A DNA stretch of 63,821 bases, the filler included, from Dimorphilus gyrociliatus (Eukaryota; Animalia; Annelida): assembly GCA_904063045.1 (NCBI GenBank). It is 7 parts of 7 records of this genome, joined end to end, with 100 filler letters (N's around TTAATTAATTAA, not from the genome) between each part and the next. Parts side by side here need not be neighbours in the genome. Positions count along the whole stretch, not along the records: positions 1 to 19,060 come from CAJFCJ010000197.1; positions 19,161 to 28,616 come from CAJFCJ010000290.1; 5 more parts are not named here. The stretch is one strand, 5' to 3'. A model generated the notes under the pieces. The model worked only from the letters and a program-made list of their open reading frames with translations. It did not search any database and was not told the origin of the DNA. Shown one piece after another: positions 13,009 to 25,391 of the stretch. The stretch's first letter is position 1, and the number at the start of each line of letters is the position of its first letter. The position numbers were made by a program, and so were the translations under genes.

Positions 13009-13816
13009 TTAGAAAAGTAAATATACTCCTGGCAGAGAAATAAAGATAAGAGTTGTAAATTGAAGATTATTTGTTACTCCTCCACTAGCTGCTGTAGTGT
13101 CTTCACAATCATTGTCAGGTATACCTATTCATAGTGCAGAATATATTTAGAATGAAATTATCTGAATATATGAAAGATAAAACATCAAAAACACCTACAT
13201 ATCTTATTTGATAGATTTTTTATTGCAGAATCTTTATAAGCATTGCATTTTGTTAAGCTGAAAACAAACTCATAAAAAAAACTGCAATATCCAGAATCCT
13301 CTGTTCCATTTAAACTTGACAGTGTTTTCTTACATGCTTTAAAATATTAACATTCAGTTTATACAAAATATTTAACACAATGTAAAATAAAGATGAAGAA
13401 ATTTACCTGAGCTGCAAATGTCCTGAACTTGATTATAAACTCCTGTATCATGAAAAGAACATAGATCTTTCACTCTTAGGTGGCAGGAATAGTAGTTATA
13501 GATGATGTTGCAATATTTCGGAGCATCAAATGATAGATTAATTTCTGAGTATGCAGATGCATAATTGCTATCGCATTCATCAAGTTTTTTAAAACAAGTT
13601 TCTGCATGCTCACTTTCATAAATTTCAACTTTAGTGCTTATTGATAATTTATAAACATAATCTACACCACTGGGAACTTGTTTTTTCTCTTTTTTTGACA
13701 AGCAAAAGAGAGAGTTCAACACTATAGAGAATAATTATGTAATTATTAACCTTTGAATACTGTTTTGACAAAAGGAATTTAAACTTACCAATCAGTAGAA
13801 GTGAATAACTGTTCAT
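13009..13816 (-). CDS. Small secreted Cys-scaffold protein, probably GPI-anchored, paralog A (exons 13789-13816, 13407-13721, 13009-13124)
   Basis: Spliced product MNSYSLLLIVLNSLFCLS...ICSSG|IPDNDCEDTTAASGG...LIFISLPGVYLLF*; canonical phase-1 GT-AG introns. Confidence 0.75.
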
Positions 13817-14299
13817 TTTTCTTCAAAATAGAAAACAAATGGTATGACCAACACATATATATAAATATCAAAAAAAAATGGGGAATATGGAGATAATGAA
13901 TAATGAAATACAATAAAAACAATATTTCTGAAAAAAATTTCTAAATGGTATTCTTAGGCAAATATTTTTCGAATCTTTTGGAATGTTCAACCATTCAAGC
14001 CTGTTCAATATACAATACACAACAAATGTAGGCATATTTGAAAAAAAAATTATAAGCCATTTGGAAGAGATGTAGAATTGAGAGAATATGATTATAAAAC
14101 TAATTCACGGTAAGAATAGTATCAGTCTATGTATTCTAAGCTTTACTAGACCTCTTCACTATGAGGCTTTATTCAGGACGCCTTGGCTTTTATACAGTTC
14201 ATTATCGGTTATTTATGCCTGAAGTGTCAATAACAAGGATTGTTTGCAGCAAACTTGGTCAAGGGTTTTAGTTTTCTGCGATAGTGTGGTAAACAACAA

Positions 14300-14900
14300 G
14301 AGAGTTGGGTAGGTAAACCCTTAAAGGTCAATTGATACATTATGACTTTATAAATAAACACTTGCTGTTGTCAACATGTTTTGCCTATAGAAGGCGTTGA
14401 TGGTAGTTCAATACCATCTACTTCAGTGGCAACTGATACTCCTACAGTTCAACTGTATAGTGAGTAACATTCACGTAATGTTGTACTCAAGGTTGGAAAA
14501 ATTGTTCCCTGAATAAATTCAGAGTAAGCTACTCCAAGTATGTTAGAGGGAGGATGACAACTTCACCATCATAGGATATACATATCCCAAAGCATCACTC
14601 CTTTTCCACAAAGGCTTGCTCCTTGATCATTCAGAATCCTCTTGACAGTTCTTTTTTGAGGCCTAAATTTTGCTGTACTTGTTAGCGCGCACAAACTCTT
14701 TTCTGCTTGAAGTCAGGCACATTCTCTTCTAAAAAAGGATTCTGTTATTTTATTTAATGTCGACAGTCTTCCCCTTCTATCGTTTCGTCCTTCATTTTAA
14801 TTTTGCAAATGCACTGAAGAGATGACCTAGAGATATTCAGGTCAGCCTCAGGTTCATCTTTGCTTGTTTTCCAACTTGCCAGTTCTCTAATTTGTGTTTG
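14300..14900 (-). mobile_element. Decayed Tc1/mariner transposon relic
   Basis: CTGAATATCTCTAGGTCATCT (LNISRSS HTH motif) and CAGGGAACAATTTTCCAA are shared with the copy at 17080-17400. Boundaries approximate. Confidence 0.5.
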
Positions 14901-15010
14901 GTATTTCATTCTGATCATCCAGTTAATAGAGTTGTCTGCTAAAATTATTTTGTTTGTTTTGCTACAATGAATTATTAAGTTTTAAGTACTATTTTACAGG
15001 AAGAAATTTA

Positions 15011-15085
15011 AACTTACCTGAAAATAGAGACCCGGAACTATTTATCTTTCATCAAAATAGATAGTAAATGGCATGATGAACACAT
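15011..15085 (-). pseudogene. Decayed exon 1 of a third GPI-protein paralog
   Basis: Homologous to the exon 1, donor site and promoter of paralogs A and B. ATG is mutated and exon 2 is replaced by the Tc1-derived insertion. Confidence 0.55.
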
Positions 15086-15704
15086 GAATTTCTTTTTTTT
15101 ATATAAACCAGAAAGCTAAACTATGAAACTTAAGAAAAAATAAAAGAGAAAATAAACTTCCTCAATAGTGTAGATTTTATGGAATACTTTTACATTTAAA
15201 ACTTCCGCAATGCTGTTCAAACAATTCAAGCCAAATCTAGGAGCAAATAAGTCATTTTAAACTTCTTTCAAATAGGTTTAGAGTTTATGTTGAAATTTTA
15301 AATATTTGATAATAGTGAAGATAGGCCTTAAAATGAGAGAAAATTGTAAGAGTAGATAAAAGAGGGTTCAGCCAAATTAGAATCTCTCTATTTTAATTTA
15401 CAGTATATTGCTAAAAACCAGTTCGATTGACAATTAACTTGGGACTATTTAAGTTTAAGAATCAATTGATCGACTCAAACTATTCACAAGAATGTGATAA
15501 GACTGCTGTTCTATAATGTAAGCCGGAAACAATTTTAGAGCAGATTCATGCAGAACAGTACAAATACAAGTCTTTTCAAAACTTTGTATTAAATAGGTCA
15601 TTCTTTTTATAATAAAACATTTATTTAACAATAATTAAAGAGTGATTTTAATACAAGAATATTCTGTTAACTGCTTAAGGAGGAAAAATAGAGCAAATTG
15701 TTTC

Positions 15705-16522
15705 CTAAAAAACTAAAAATACTCCCCACAGAGAAATGAAGATAAGAATTGTAAATTGAGAAGAATGTTTTATTCCTCCACTAGCTGGTTTAGTATCCTT
15801 AGGATCAATATCATGTCGATCAGCCTCTTTAGGATCACTACTGGGTTTCCGGTTACCATCGTTATGAGGTTTATCTGGTGTGCCTATTTATAGTGCAAAA
15901 ATAAATGTGGAATGAAAATATCTAATACTATTATGAATCAACCATAAACTAACATTTAAGCTTCTCATGAGTTTCTCTTACAGCTCCTCTATAACTATGA
16001 CAATTATAAAGTTCATTTTTATACTCATGGTAAAAGCTGCATGAACCAGCATTTCTTTTTCCATTTAGATTTGCCAATGTTTTCTGACATGCTTTGAAAG
16101 AAATTACCTCAATTAATAAAAATTATAAATAGCTTACCAGGGCTACAAATGTAATCTGTTATTTCTTCAAATGTGGCCGAAATATGATATCCACAGAAGC
16201 TATTCAATTTTTTAAAACAGTTACTTGATTTTTTAGCCACTGAACAATCTTTTTTGGCATCATATGATAATGTTAATTTTGAGTCATCAAGTTCAAGTTC
16301 AGTCGTGCATTTTTTCGTTCCTTCAGAACATTTCTTATAATTTTCAAGGAAATCGTATGATGAATTATCATATATTTTACTGAGAAATTGTTTTTCATCT
16401 TCTTTTGACAAGCAAAAGAGTGATATGAACACTACAAAGGTTATGTTATTATATAATCTTTGAGTACTATTTTAAAAAAAGTAATTTAAATTACCAAACA
16501 GCAGAAAAGAATAATTCTTCAT
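15705..16522 (-). CDS. Small secreted Cys-scaffold protein, probably GPI-anchored, paralog B (three exons)
   Basis: MKNYSFLLF|VFISLFCLS...LSYDAKKDC...ICSPG|TPDKP...PASGG...LIFISLWGVFLVF*; same exon structure as paralog A. Confidence 0.75.
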
Positions 16523-16821
16523 ACTTCATCAAAATATAAAGTAAATGGTATGAGCAATTCACAAATAGTCTTCCTTTTATAAATATCTAAAAAAAAGAAG
16601 GAACAAAAAAAGAATGAATAGGAAATTTTGATGATTGAGTGGTATAGTTTATGTAAATAACATTTAAAACCTTCAAAGTACAATTCAAGCCAAGTTAGAC
16701 TTATCCTCAAACAAACCACACCTATTTTACAATCTCTTAAAGATTTTTACGATAAATTTTTATTCACATTATGATGTTCAATGTATTTTTTAAAACAATA
16801 ACACTAGCAGGTGTAATTGAG

Positions 16822-16863
16822 AGAAAATGTCCCCAAATGCAGGTTTTACCCTAACTCTAACCT
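16822..16863. mobile_element. Degenerate MITE fragment
   Basis: AGAAAATGTCCCCAAATG...TTTTACCCTAACTCTAACC aligns with 12558-12600. Confidence 0.5.
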
Positions 16864-17079
16864 AGCACACTGACACTAAACAATGTTTTGTTAGTTCTTT
16901 TACTTGCCAAAAAAAGTATTCAAGTTGGATTTAAAGTTTGATGTTCTTACAGACAGCAAATATTTATCTAGATATTTTTTTGTCAAGAATTTAGTTTATT
17001 ATAAATCATAAGTGCCATTTAAATTAGTAATAGGTCAAAAGTTAGTCAATAAATTAAGAAATTTAAAATATACTAGTCT

Positions 17080-17400
17080 GCGACAAAAATATCTATATGT
17101 TGAAAAAAACCAATTTACCTATGATGAACATGAGATTAACCTGAATATTTCTAGATCATCTGTTCAGGACATATAAAGGAAGGATAACTTTGAATATACT
17201 CAGGGAACAATTTTTCCAATGTTGAGGGAAGCATTTGGTGGAGACTTCATCTGGCAGGAGGATAATGAACCTCCAGATACTGTCAATGTAAAATTAGATA
17301 CTTTGGAAGAAAAGGGAATTCAAGTCCCTGATTGGACACCTTACTCATAGAAGGAAGAATTTGGCATATTATTCACAGCAAAGGTGACAGGATTAATAAA
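17080..17400 (+). mobile_element. Tc1 transposase remnant (internally deleted)
   Basis: LNISRSSVQ (HTH) and FIWQEDNEPPDTVNVKLDTLEEKGIQVPDWTPYS*, the Tc1 second-D/DNA...WPxxS region. Confidence 0.7.
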
Positions 17401-17906
17401 TAACTGTTAGACTAAGACAAAAAATAGAAATTTAAATTAAAAAAAACTAATTAGTTAAGTTTTTACGAATATTTTTGTCACAATTTTATTCCTTTTTTTT
17501 TAAGTTGAAGAAACTTTCAATTAAAAAAAATTCAGCCTACCGAATTGAATGTTCAATTTCAAACATATTCCACAACAAATTTTAAAAAAAAAGCTTTTAA
17601 TCAAAACAATTATTGCACTTGAAAATATTGATAAAATATTTATGTCCAAAAATTAGTTAGTTATTGATAAATTATTATCAAAAACTTAAAAAACAATATT
17701 CATAATCAATTAAGAAGAATAAAACAAAGAAATAAAATGGATAGTACTTTTGAATAAAGTAGGAAAAGAACTTTATTTTAATAGTTACCGTAAACTATTA
17801 TTTACTATTTTTTCATTTATGTTGTACTGCTCTTGCTGGCAAAATCTATGCGTTTGTAAGTTATAACAATACTGGTTCTACTCGAACCTTTAAACAAATG
17901 TTTAAA

Positions 17907-18164
17907 TTAAAACGGTTTATTCGCAATAATAATACTTAAGCAAGTAACAATATGAGAGTTCGATAGCAGAGTAGATAGTTTGTAATAGCAGGTTGCCAAA
18001 TTACCAAACTGTCTTCCAATGTTGAGGAGTAGATGGATGGTTCCAGTGGAGGTTGTTTCCAGATGATTTTCCCAAGTCCTTGGGTCCAGATGGAAGCTGC
18101 ATGCCAAATGAGAATAATGAGGATTTATATACTTTGAGGTTTGTCTCTGACATTCAATCATCAC
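17907..18164 (-). pseudogene. Possible LTR-retrotransposon gag remnant (BEL/Pao-like)
   Basis: HLDPRTWENHLETTSTGTIHLLL resembles BEL gag LD...WE...T...LL. Weak. Confidence 0.3.
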
Positions 18165-18722
18165 TTTACAGTTGCCGAAATGTGTAGTTCATATTTATGT
18201 TTAGTAAGAGGATGTTACAAGGTTGAACATTTAGGAAGGTTAATTGAATTATAACTTGGCCACACCCTAGGCAAGTTAATTAAATTATAACTTGGCCAAA
18301 CCTTTATTGGTAATTAAAGATGAGCGTTCAAGCTGACTAATCAGACTTATGTTTGGCCAATGTTATAGCATTTTCTTTCATAGGTTTTAAGATGTACATG
18401 TATATGTTGCATAAAATAATCGAGTTCAAGCATGTAAAATATAACCAAAGTTGTACAATGTATTAATCATATTGCTGCTATATTCCTGCTCTTGCAGGTA
18501 AATACTGAATTAATTTGTCCATTGAAAAAAATTTATTTTTCTGAATTTGAATCATGCTAATGGTTATTTAACTGTTTTGAAATATGACTTTATAATGGGA
18601 TTTGTTGAATGAATATTTTCTCTTTTTGTTTTAAAATGAGAATAAATAATATAAAAAGAAAAATTTTTCATATCTTACCAGGCAAATTATTACTGTCTTC
18701 CCTCGAAAAAATATCAATCTCT

Positions 18723-18989
18723 GTACTTTGATGTATTGTAATTGTAGGAAATTCTGCTTCTTCAGAACAGTATTCGTCCTTTCCAATCATTTATCAATTT
18801 ACCAAAGTACTGGTCCAATTAGAACCTTTCAAGTTCATCCACAAATAGTCTTAACAAATGTAATTTTGGTAGAAATAATTCAACAAAATGGCAGTATTTC
18901 GTTTAAAGAATATGTATTGAGTAAATGAGTTTCTAGTTCAAAACAAGTAAGTTTAAACAACCAGTTAACGGTTAAAGAACTGAACTGAC
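18723..18989 (-). mobile_element. Diverged copy of the retroelement 5' leader and gag start found at 58552-58818
   Basis: Collinear alignment by eye (e.g. CCAAAGTACTGGTCCAA.TAGAACCTTTCAAGTTC; GAGTAAATGAGTTTCTAGTTC). Confidence 0.75.
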
Positions 18990-19060
18990 AAGCTGAGGAA
19001 ATGCATTTCCTTTTATACATTTTCCAAAGCTTGGGTTCAAGTGGTCAAAGGATTACAAAG

Positions 19061-19160
19061 NNNNNNNNNNNNNNNNNNNNNNNNNNNNNNNNNNNNNNNN
19101 NNNNTTAATTAATTAANNNNNNNNNNNNNNNNNNNNNNNNNNNNNNNNNNNNNNNNNNNN
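19061..19160. other. Artificial contig spacer (N-run + TTAATTAATTAA + N-run)
   Basis: 100-bp spacer containing a 12-mer that puts stop codons in all six frames; sequence composition changes abruptly across it. Confidence 0.98.
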
Positions 19161-20594
19161 AACCGAGGTCGCGTACGTTAAATGGCTAACAGGCTCAACC
19201 AAAGTACGATCAATCTGCGACGGTAAGCCAGGACGAATAGGGGCAACCGCTTGCGAACCATCCCAGGCGTATTGACTGGAAAAGTGCTGCGATGCTCTGA
19301 GCTTAATGCCGTTTTCATTGCTGCTTATCCATTTGGTGACAATGAATTCAACGCCGTTCCACTGGTTGTCTTTGAGATTGAGTCGAAAGACCGTGCCAGG
19401 CAACAACTGAACGGCTTTTAAGTTACAGGTAAACTCGATGTTCAGCGCTGAGCGCTTGGTATTAAGGTGTATCCAACTCAAACGCTGAGCTTGAAAAGGA
19501 CTCGGCACCGCCGCCAAATCCAAGTCATCAATGACTTCAAAGCCGTTGTCTTCTGCGACAAAGGTTGAGCTTTGGATACGAGGCATATCCAGCTCGTTCC
19601 AGTTCGATTTTGGGTCGGTATATTTAGCCGTAACGGTATTAATGCGGTCACGACGCCTGACATCCGCTTGGGTAGTGATATCGCTGATAATGTCGTTATC
19701 ATCCAATACCACTGTCCCTGGTCCGTAATACGCGCCAACCTGTAGACCATGTCGTCCAGCGACTCGCAAACCCAACCCCGCACAAGTTGAACGAAGCGTA
19801 CTCATCACCGTGCGAGGGTTTTCATTGGCTAAAAAGGCGTAGTTACAACGGTAGCGCTTTTCCACACCTTCAGGGGTAGAAATGGCTTCATTACAAAGGT
19901 TTGCCGACGCAACATACGTCGCTTCATCGGCCACGCCATGCTTAAGTACATTACGATACCAGCGATAAAGTAGCGCGGGATTGTCCGTCCAAGTCGTTTG
20001 CCCCGTTCGAGGATCTAAAACCGCAAGTCCCTTCACGGCAAATTTGGGATTAGGTACACCACCTGCCCATTTATCTGGGTTCGAGCGAAGCTTAACATGA
20101 GCAAAACAGTCACCAGCACCAATCATAGACGCATCCCAATCTGGCAGTGATAACAGTGTTGAAGGGGCCGTGGTATGGTTGCCCAAATAGAGATATACAA
20201 AGCCTTCACCGTTAGGGTGACGATACTCAATGTCGTAATTGCCACTGCCACCATGACGCGTTAAGACGATGTCATCGAGCCAAGCATCGGTGACATCGTC
20301 ACAAGGATGCCCCGCCAAGTGCACGACAAGATGTAACCACTCGCCGACGCCTTCATCATTGGGTGTGCCCTCTTCCGCGCCAAATACCATCGGGCCAGAG
20401 GTAACAGGGTGGCCCAGTATAATTTGCTTAGGCGCGGTGGCAGATTTGTACATCTGCTTTTGAGCGGTGCGCTTGCCCTTTGCGGCGTTCGCGGCGGCTT
20501 CAGCCTGACGCTTGGCATCAATCGCGGTATACACCGCATAACCTGCACTGGCAGCAGCAATAATCCAGCCCGCGACCGCAATCTCAACACCCAT
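19161..20594 (-). CDS. Tail tip / host-specificity protein J-like, 3'-truncated
   Basis: N-terminal hydrophobic helix; PKQIILGHPVTSG; LHLVVHLAGHPCD; WTDNPAL; RYRCN; INTVTAKYTDPKSNW. Confidence 0.8.
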
Positions 20595-21009
20595 CGCTCA
20601 CCTCACAACTGATCTGCCAAGCGGTTTCAATGGTAGACAGTGGCACAATAAGCAGCCCTTCTGGCCCTAGCACTGCAACACCATTGGCACAAACGATGCC
20701 GCAAATATGCTCATGTGAACCTTTAAGCCAGGCCACATCACCACGCTGCGCTAACAAAGGGGTACTGCGTCGAACGCCAACCGCATCCCCCAACACATGC
20801 ACCATGTCTTCTAAATCGTTAAAGCCTAATTTACGAATTAGCCGGTGCGAACCAATGTCATTGCAATAGTGACCTTGAAAGCGCTTGGCTAAATCCTTAC
20901 CTGTGAGTAGCCTTACCCAAGCGGCGACAAACAAGGCGCAGTCGTTCTCGCCTGTTTTAAAGCGCGTGTGTTGATACCGAATTAGAAATTCATGCAACGA
21001 CTCCATCAC
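20584..21009 (-). CDS. Tail-associated NlpC/P60-like peptidase
   Basis: FKTGENDCALF catalytic Cys motif, AQRGDVA and H..GIV; position before J. Confidence 0.75.
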   Translation of the reverse strand: MMESLHEFLIRYQHTRFKTGENDCALFVAAWVRLLTGKDLAKRFQGHYCNDIGSHRLIRKLGFNDLEDMVHVLGDAVGVRRSTPLLAQRGDVAWLKGSHEHICGIVCANGVAVLGPEGLLIVPLSTIETAWQISCEVSDGC

Positions 21010-21599
21010 AGCTCCCTCACTGGAATGCCATCTTCTTTAAACGCCCAATAGGATTTAAAATCTTCCATATGAACGGCGTACTTATAAAAGTGGTCACCGG
21101 ATTGGCGAGCAAGGTGAGAGTCAAGCGTGCAACGCCAATTGAGCCCCTGATTAAAGGCATCATCTGGCGCGGTGAGTGGCAATTGAATCACGTTTGATGA
21201 GCCTTGTTTTAAGGTCGCGCTGTCCATCACACCATCAAATTGCATCGACGACGCCAGCACATCACCGTATTGGCCAAGCACCACTAAATAGAGCTCACCA
21301 GTGCGGCCTTGATAGCCACCCGCTAAGACATTCGCTCGAATGGTCTCATCACGAACCGACAATTCAAGCGTGACCGAAGGCGTGGTATCGTCCCCACTGC
21401 CATATTGGATATCGCCAATGCCACCCAAATCACCAATGCCTAAAAACGGCTCACCAAAATCAAAAGGAAAATGAGTAAAGGTGCCAATATCACTGTGCAA
21501 GCGCACCCAGCCATCATGCCAATCAAGGCGAACCGCATAGAGCAAACGCACATCTGGCTGATTAAGCGCGGCTATCATTTCAGGGGTGAAAATATTCAT
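21006..21599 (-). CDS. Tail hub / minor tail protein L-like
   Basis: VRLLYAVRLDW...FLGIGDLGGIGDI; position between Dit and NlpC/P60. Confidence 0.6.
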   Translation of the reverse strand: MNIFTPEMIAALNQPDVRLLYAVRLDWHDGWVRLHSDIGTFTHFPFDFGEPFLGIGDLGGIGDIQYGSGDDTTPSVTLELSVRDETIRANVLAGGYQGRTGELYLVVLGQYGDVLASSMQFDGVMDSATLKQGSSNVIQLPLTAPDDAFNQGLNWRCTLDSHLARQSGDHFYKYAVHMEDFKSYWAFKEDGIPVREL

Positions 21600-21608
21600 C
21601 TTGTCTCC

Positions 21609-22217
21609 TTACACCGTCACGCGCTCGATGCAATCAATCACGAGCTGACTGAGCACCAGTTTTTTACTCGCCTTCGAAGGCACCTTAAAACCTGGGGCAA
21701 GTCGAAACACCCCCGTTGGATAATCAAACGTCGCTGTGGATGTGAGGCCAACAGGCTTTCTCATAAAGGGCTCAAAGAACAGCGTCGCTTTGCCTAACCC
21801 ATCAACCGTGACCGTTTCGGTTAACCCCTTCAGCTCGCCATCGATGCTGACGTAATCGCCTGCTTTAGCGATAACCGTTCCTAATGTTTTACCTGTTTGA
21901 ATGATCACTTTGCCAGGCAAGGCTTGCTGGTAATCCGTCACGCTATAAGTGCCCCCCAGACCCGACGCCTTGGGACTGCGCCAGTCATACAAAGTAAAAC
22001 CGCCTGCACTGCCTTGCAGTGACCACAACTTAGCAATCAAGACTTGGGCATCACTGCGACGTAAGTTGGCAAACTCCAATCGCGCTTCCCAAAGCCCTGT
22101 GGGCGAGCTCACCGACTGAGAAGCACTGGTAAACTTGCTGGTAAACAAGCGCTCATTGCGCGTCAGAGTAAACTCACTCTCTACGGGGATAAGCTGGGTT
22201 AATCGCTCTGGCATCAC
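21609..22217 (-). CDS. Distal tail protein-like
   Basis: Immediately after the TMP; W.ARLEF...LQGSAGGFTLYD; P.GVFRL. Confidence 0.6.
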   Translation of the reverse strand: MMPERLTQLIPVESEFTLTRNERLFTSKFTSASQSVSSPTGLWEARLEFANLRRSDAQVLIAKLWSLQGSAGGFTLYDWRSPKASGLGGTYSVTDYQQALPGKVIIQTGKTLGTVIAKAGDYVSIDGELKGLTETVTVDGLGKATLFFEPFMRKPVGLTSTATFDYPTGVFRLAPGFKVPSKASKKLVLSQLVIDCIERVTV

Positions 22218-25041
22218 AATACCTCTCTGAGTTTGGTGACATAGTCACCGCCATTGTCGGCATCTTTTAACAACGCTTGTTGGGTACGTGTTACCGCCTC
22301 TGTAATCACCATGTCGATTTCCAATTGCCCGTTGTTCATTTTGGCCGTCGCACTGACTTGCTCTTTATTCACGCCTTTCACATTCACCGTGACAGGCATC
22401 CCTCCCGAACGAGCGCTCATGGCCGCCGCTCCAGTAGCGGCGATTTGCATGGATTTCATTTGCTGCATCATGTTTACCATCCAGCGAAAGTTGTCCGCTT
22501 GAGCAGGGTTGAGCACCATTTCATTGGCCTTAAGTAACCACGTGCCCTCGTTCTCTTTGGGTATTCTGTCTATGCCATCGTGCGCCATGCCTGTGATAGC
22601 GGTTCCTGCCGCAATGCCCACCGAGGCGTAACCTGCGGCGCGAACACTTTCCGCCAAAATCTGCCCGTAAGGCGCAGGGAATGCACCTAGGGTTTTGGTG
22701 TACGCCTCTTGGGTGGCAATAATCATGGACGGAATAGCAGCGGCTTTTTGAACGGCAAACAAGGCGCGATACACGCCTGTTTGCTCTTTGCCTGCACTGC
22801 GTAAAAAATTGGTGGTAATGGAGGATTGCTGTTCAATAAAGCTCAGCGCTTGCATGGCCACCGCGCGCTGGTTCTCGGCTCGCTCGCTGGCGGCATCGCG
22901 ATCAATTTGGGTGAGATTTAATTCGTGTTGAGCGCGCAAAACTTCGCGATTAGCAAAGTACTCTTGCTCTAAGGCATCCATCAGCTGTTGGTCGCCAATG
23001 GCTTGATTGTACGCGGCTTGGAATGACTGACTCAGATTGCCTAAGCGTTCTTCATACGCATATTGCCCTTGGATCTTCGCTTGGTTTTCCATATCGGCTT
23101 CCATGGCAAGACGCATCAACCACGCGCTTTGCAACTCATCCGATTCACTGTAAAAGTCCGTTATCTTGTCGGTTTTCTTTTTGTCTGCTTTTTTACTATC
23201 GAGCAACTGAGCTTGCAGCAGCAATTGCTCTGCCAGTGTGGCATTGATGCCCTGTAACGCCCCCTTCTCAATGTCGTAGCGTACTTTTGCCGCTTCTGAG
23301 GTTTCACCGTATAGGCTGACTTGGCGAGTGAGATTAGCCAGCAGTCGGTCGGCTTGTTTAATGGCGTCATCATTTGTCGGCAACTCGGGGGTTGTGCTGG
23401 TTTCGAACTCGTTTTTTTACCGACATCACTCAGCTTTTGTTCAAGCGCGTTCAAATCTCGCTCTGCTTGAGCAAGCTGCAACGTCACTGCGGTCACCGCA
23501 CTGGCTGATTCCGTGGCTTCTCGCTTTTGTCGTTCACGCATCTCTGAATTCGACTCTGAGAGTTTTTGCCATAGTGATTGGTCTGGAGTCGGTGTTAACG
23601 CTGTTTTTCGGTATTCCTCCCGCAATTCAGCAATACGTAGCTTTTGCTTTTCGATGGTGTCTTCAAGTCGCGCTGATTGCAAAGCGCCCATACGGCCAAG
23701 CAGCGCATCGACTTCGTCTTTTAGTCCCTCGGTATCTTTTTTTGCATCGTCCGCTGACAACGCAAAATAGCTCAACGCCCCAGCGGCCATAAAGGCAATA
23801 CCTGCTGGTCCCCCTAACGCGGCCATTAATCCAGCACCAGCGCGTGATACAACATTCAAACGCGATTGCGCGGCCGCTAACGTATTGGTTGCGGCGGTAT
23901 GTTTGGTTTTTAACGCGGTGAGCTGCGCTTCGCCATTTCGCAGTAAAAACAGCTTTGAACCTGTTAGCGTCATGACTTCAAGACGTCTAATTTCAGCCAA
24001 TGTCTCTGCCGCTATCGCCGCGTTCTTAGTGGCAATGGCGCGTACTTGCGCATAATCTGCGGCCACCAAACGAAGTTTGACGGCGGTATAATTAGTGGCG
24101 GCCGCCACGCCGCGTCCCATGGTGGTAAATAGCGTGACGCCAATCGCGGTGGAAACCAAATCGGCATTGTCAGCCATCACGTTGAATGCGTCGCCCATTG
24201 TCTTTAACACGGGCGTTACGCTGTCAGTAATGGGCTGCTCATACGCCAACACCATGTTGCTATAAGCATTGGTGTTATCGCGCAGCATAGCGTTGATATT
24301 GCCAGAGGCTCTTGCGGCTGCGCCTTGATAGTCTTCAAGGGCGCTGATTAAGGTTTCTTTGAAAAAACGGCTGGTCACTTGGCCATCAAGCATCATGCGA
24401 CGAAATCCGCCAGCAGATAACCCCGCCGCTTTATCGAGTTTATTAAGTAGCCCAGGCATAGGCTCAACGACTTGGTTTAACTCTTCCGCACGTACGATGG
24501 GAGACGCCAGAGCCTGAGAGAGACCATACATGGATTGCTCAAGCTGCACGGTACTCGCGCCCGTTTGCGACTGAACGTTACTCATGCCTTCAAATATGTC
24601 GCGAGACTCCCCCATGGTGAGCAAGCCTGCATCATAGAGCGACATTAAGCGGGCGTAATTGCCCGACATATCGGTCAGCACTTTGCTGTGCTCAGACGAC
24701 ACGGCCATCAAGTATTGCTCGGTCTCTGCCCATGTTTGCTGGCTGCCAATTAAGGCTGAGATTTGGGTACGAATGTCTTGATACTGGCCTAAACGATGAA
24801 CCGCATCTTGGGCGCTATAGAGGGCAGCAAATCCGCCAGCCAAACCAAGTAGCTGAGATTGCAATCCGCTAAATTCACCAATGAGAGAATCCGATTGACG
24901 CGCCATGGTTTTAAGGCGGCGAGTGGTATGGTGAGACGTTGCGCCCAGCTGCTCTATTCTAGTATCGACATCACGCACCTGCCCCACAAACTGCTGGGTC
25001 TTCGCGTCAAAGCGTAGCGTGAATTTGAGATCTTGGGTCAC
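22214..25041 (-). CDS. Tape measure protein split by a -1 frameshift at A7 (23412-23418); about 940 aa if fused
   Basis: TMP N-terminal motif (QLSQALASPIVRAEELNQVVE) and C-terminal GMAHDGI...GTWLL...EMVL. Adding one A gives continuous GKKNEFETSTTPELPTND. Confidence 0.85.
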
Positions 25042-25391
25042 TGGTTATACGTCTCCGTTAGGGTTCGGGCGATCACTTTGAGCCTGTCATAATCGTGAGT
25101 ATCCACCGCTCGGCCAGACAGTTGACTATCGGCCTGAACCGCGAGCACATCCATTCCTGTGCACACGGTACGGCCTGATTGCAGGTTTGGGGTAAACTGT
25201 AAAAAGTTTGGGATGGAGAGCCACCACATCACGGCGTTCACGTTCTCTTGCCACAATTCAGGCACGCTTTCACTTTCTTGCTCGGCCTCATCCATGCCCC
25301 ACAACTCAAGCTCTTGCTGCCAATCGTCTTTATCTTGCTGGGTAGTGGGACGACTGGATATGATCGCCTTCACTACCGCTATGAGTTTTTT
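25038..25391 (-). CDS. Tail assembly chaperone GT extension (reached by -1 ribosomal frameshift)
   Basis: Overlaps the chaperone 3' end in the -1 frame, has no own start with SD, and lies before the TMP. Confidence 0.75.
   Translation of the reverse strand, partial: KKLIAVVKAIISSRPTTQQDKDDWQQELELWGMDEAEQESESVPELWQENVNAVMWWLSIPNFLQFTPNLQSGRTVCTGMDVLAVQADSQLSGRAVDTHDYDRLKVIARTLTETYNQ

Noticed and set aside
19106-19117. TTAATTAATTAA as a biological motif
   Set aside because: It is identical in all six N-gaps and is a synthetic six-frame stop linker.
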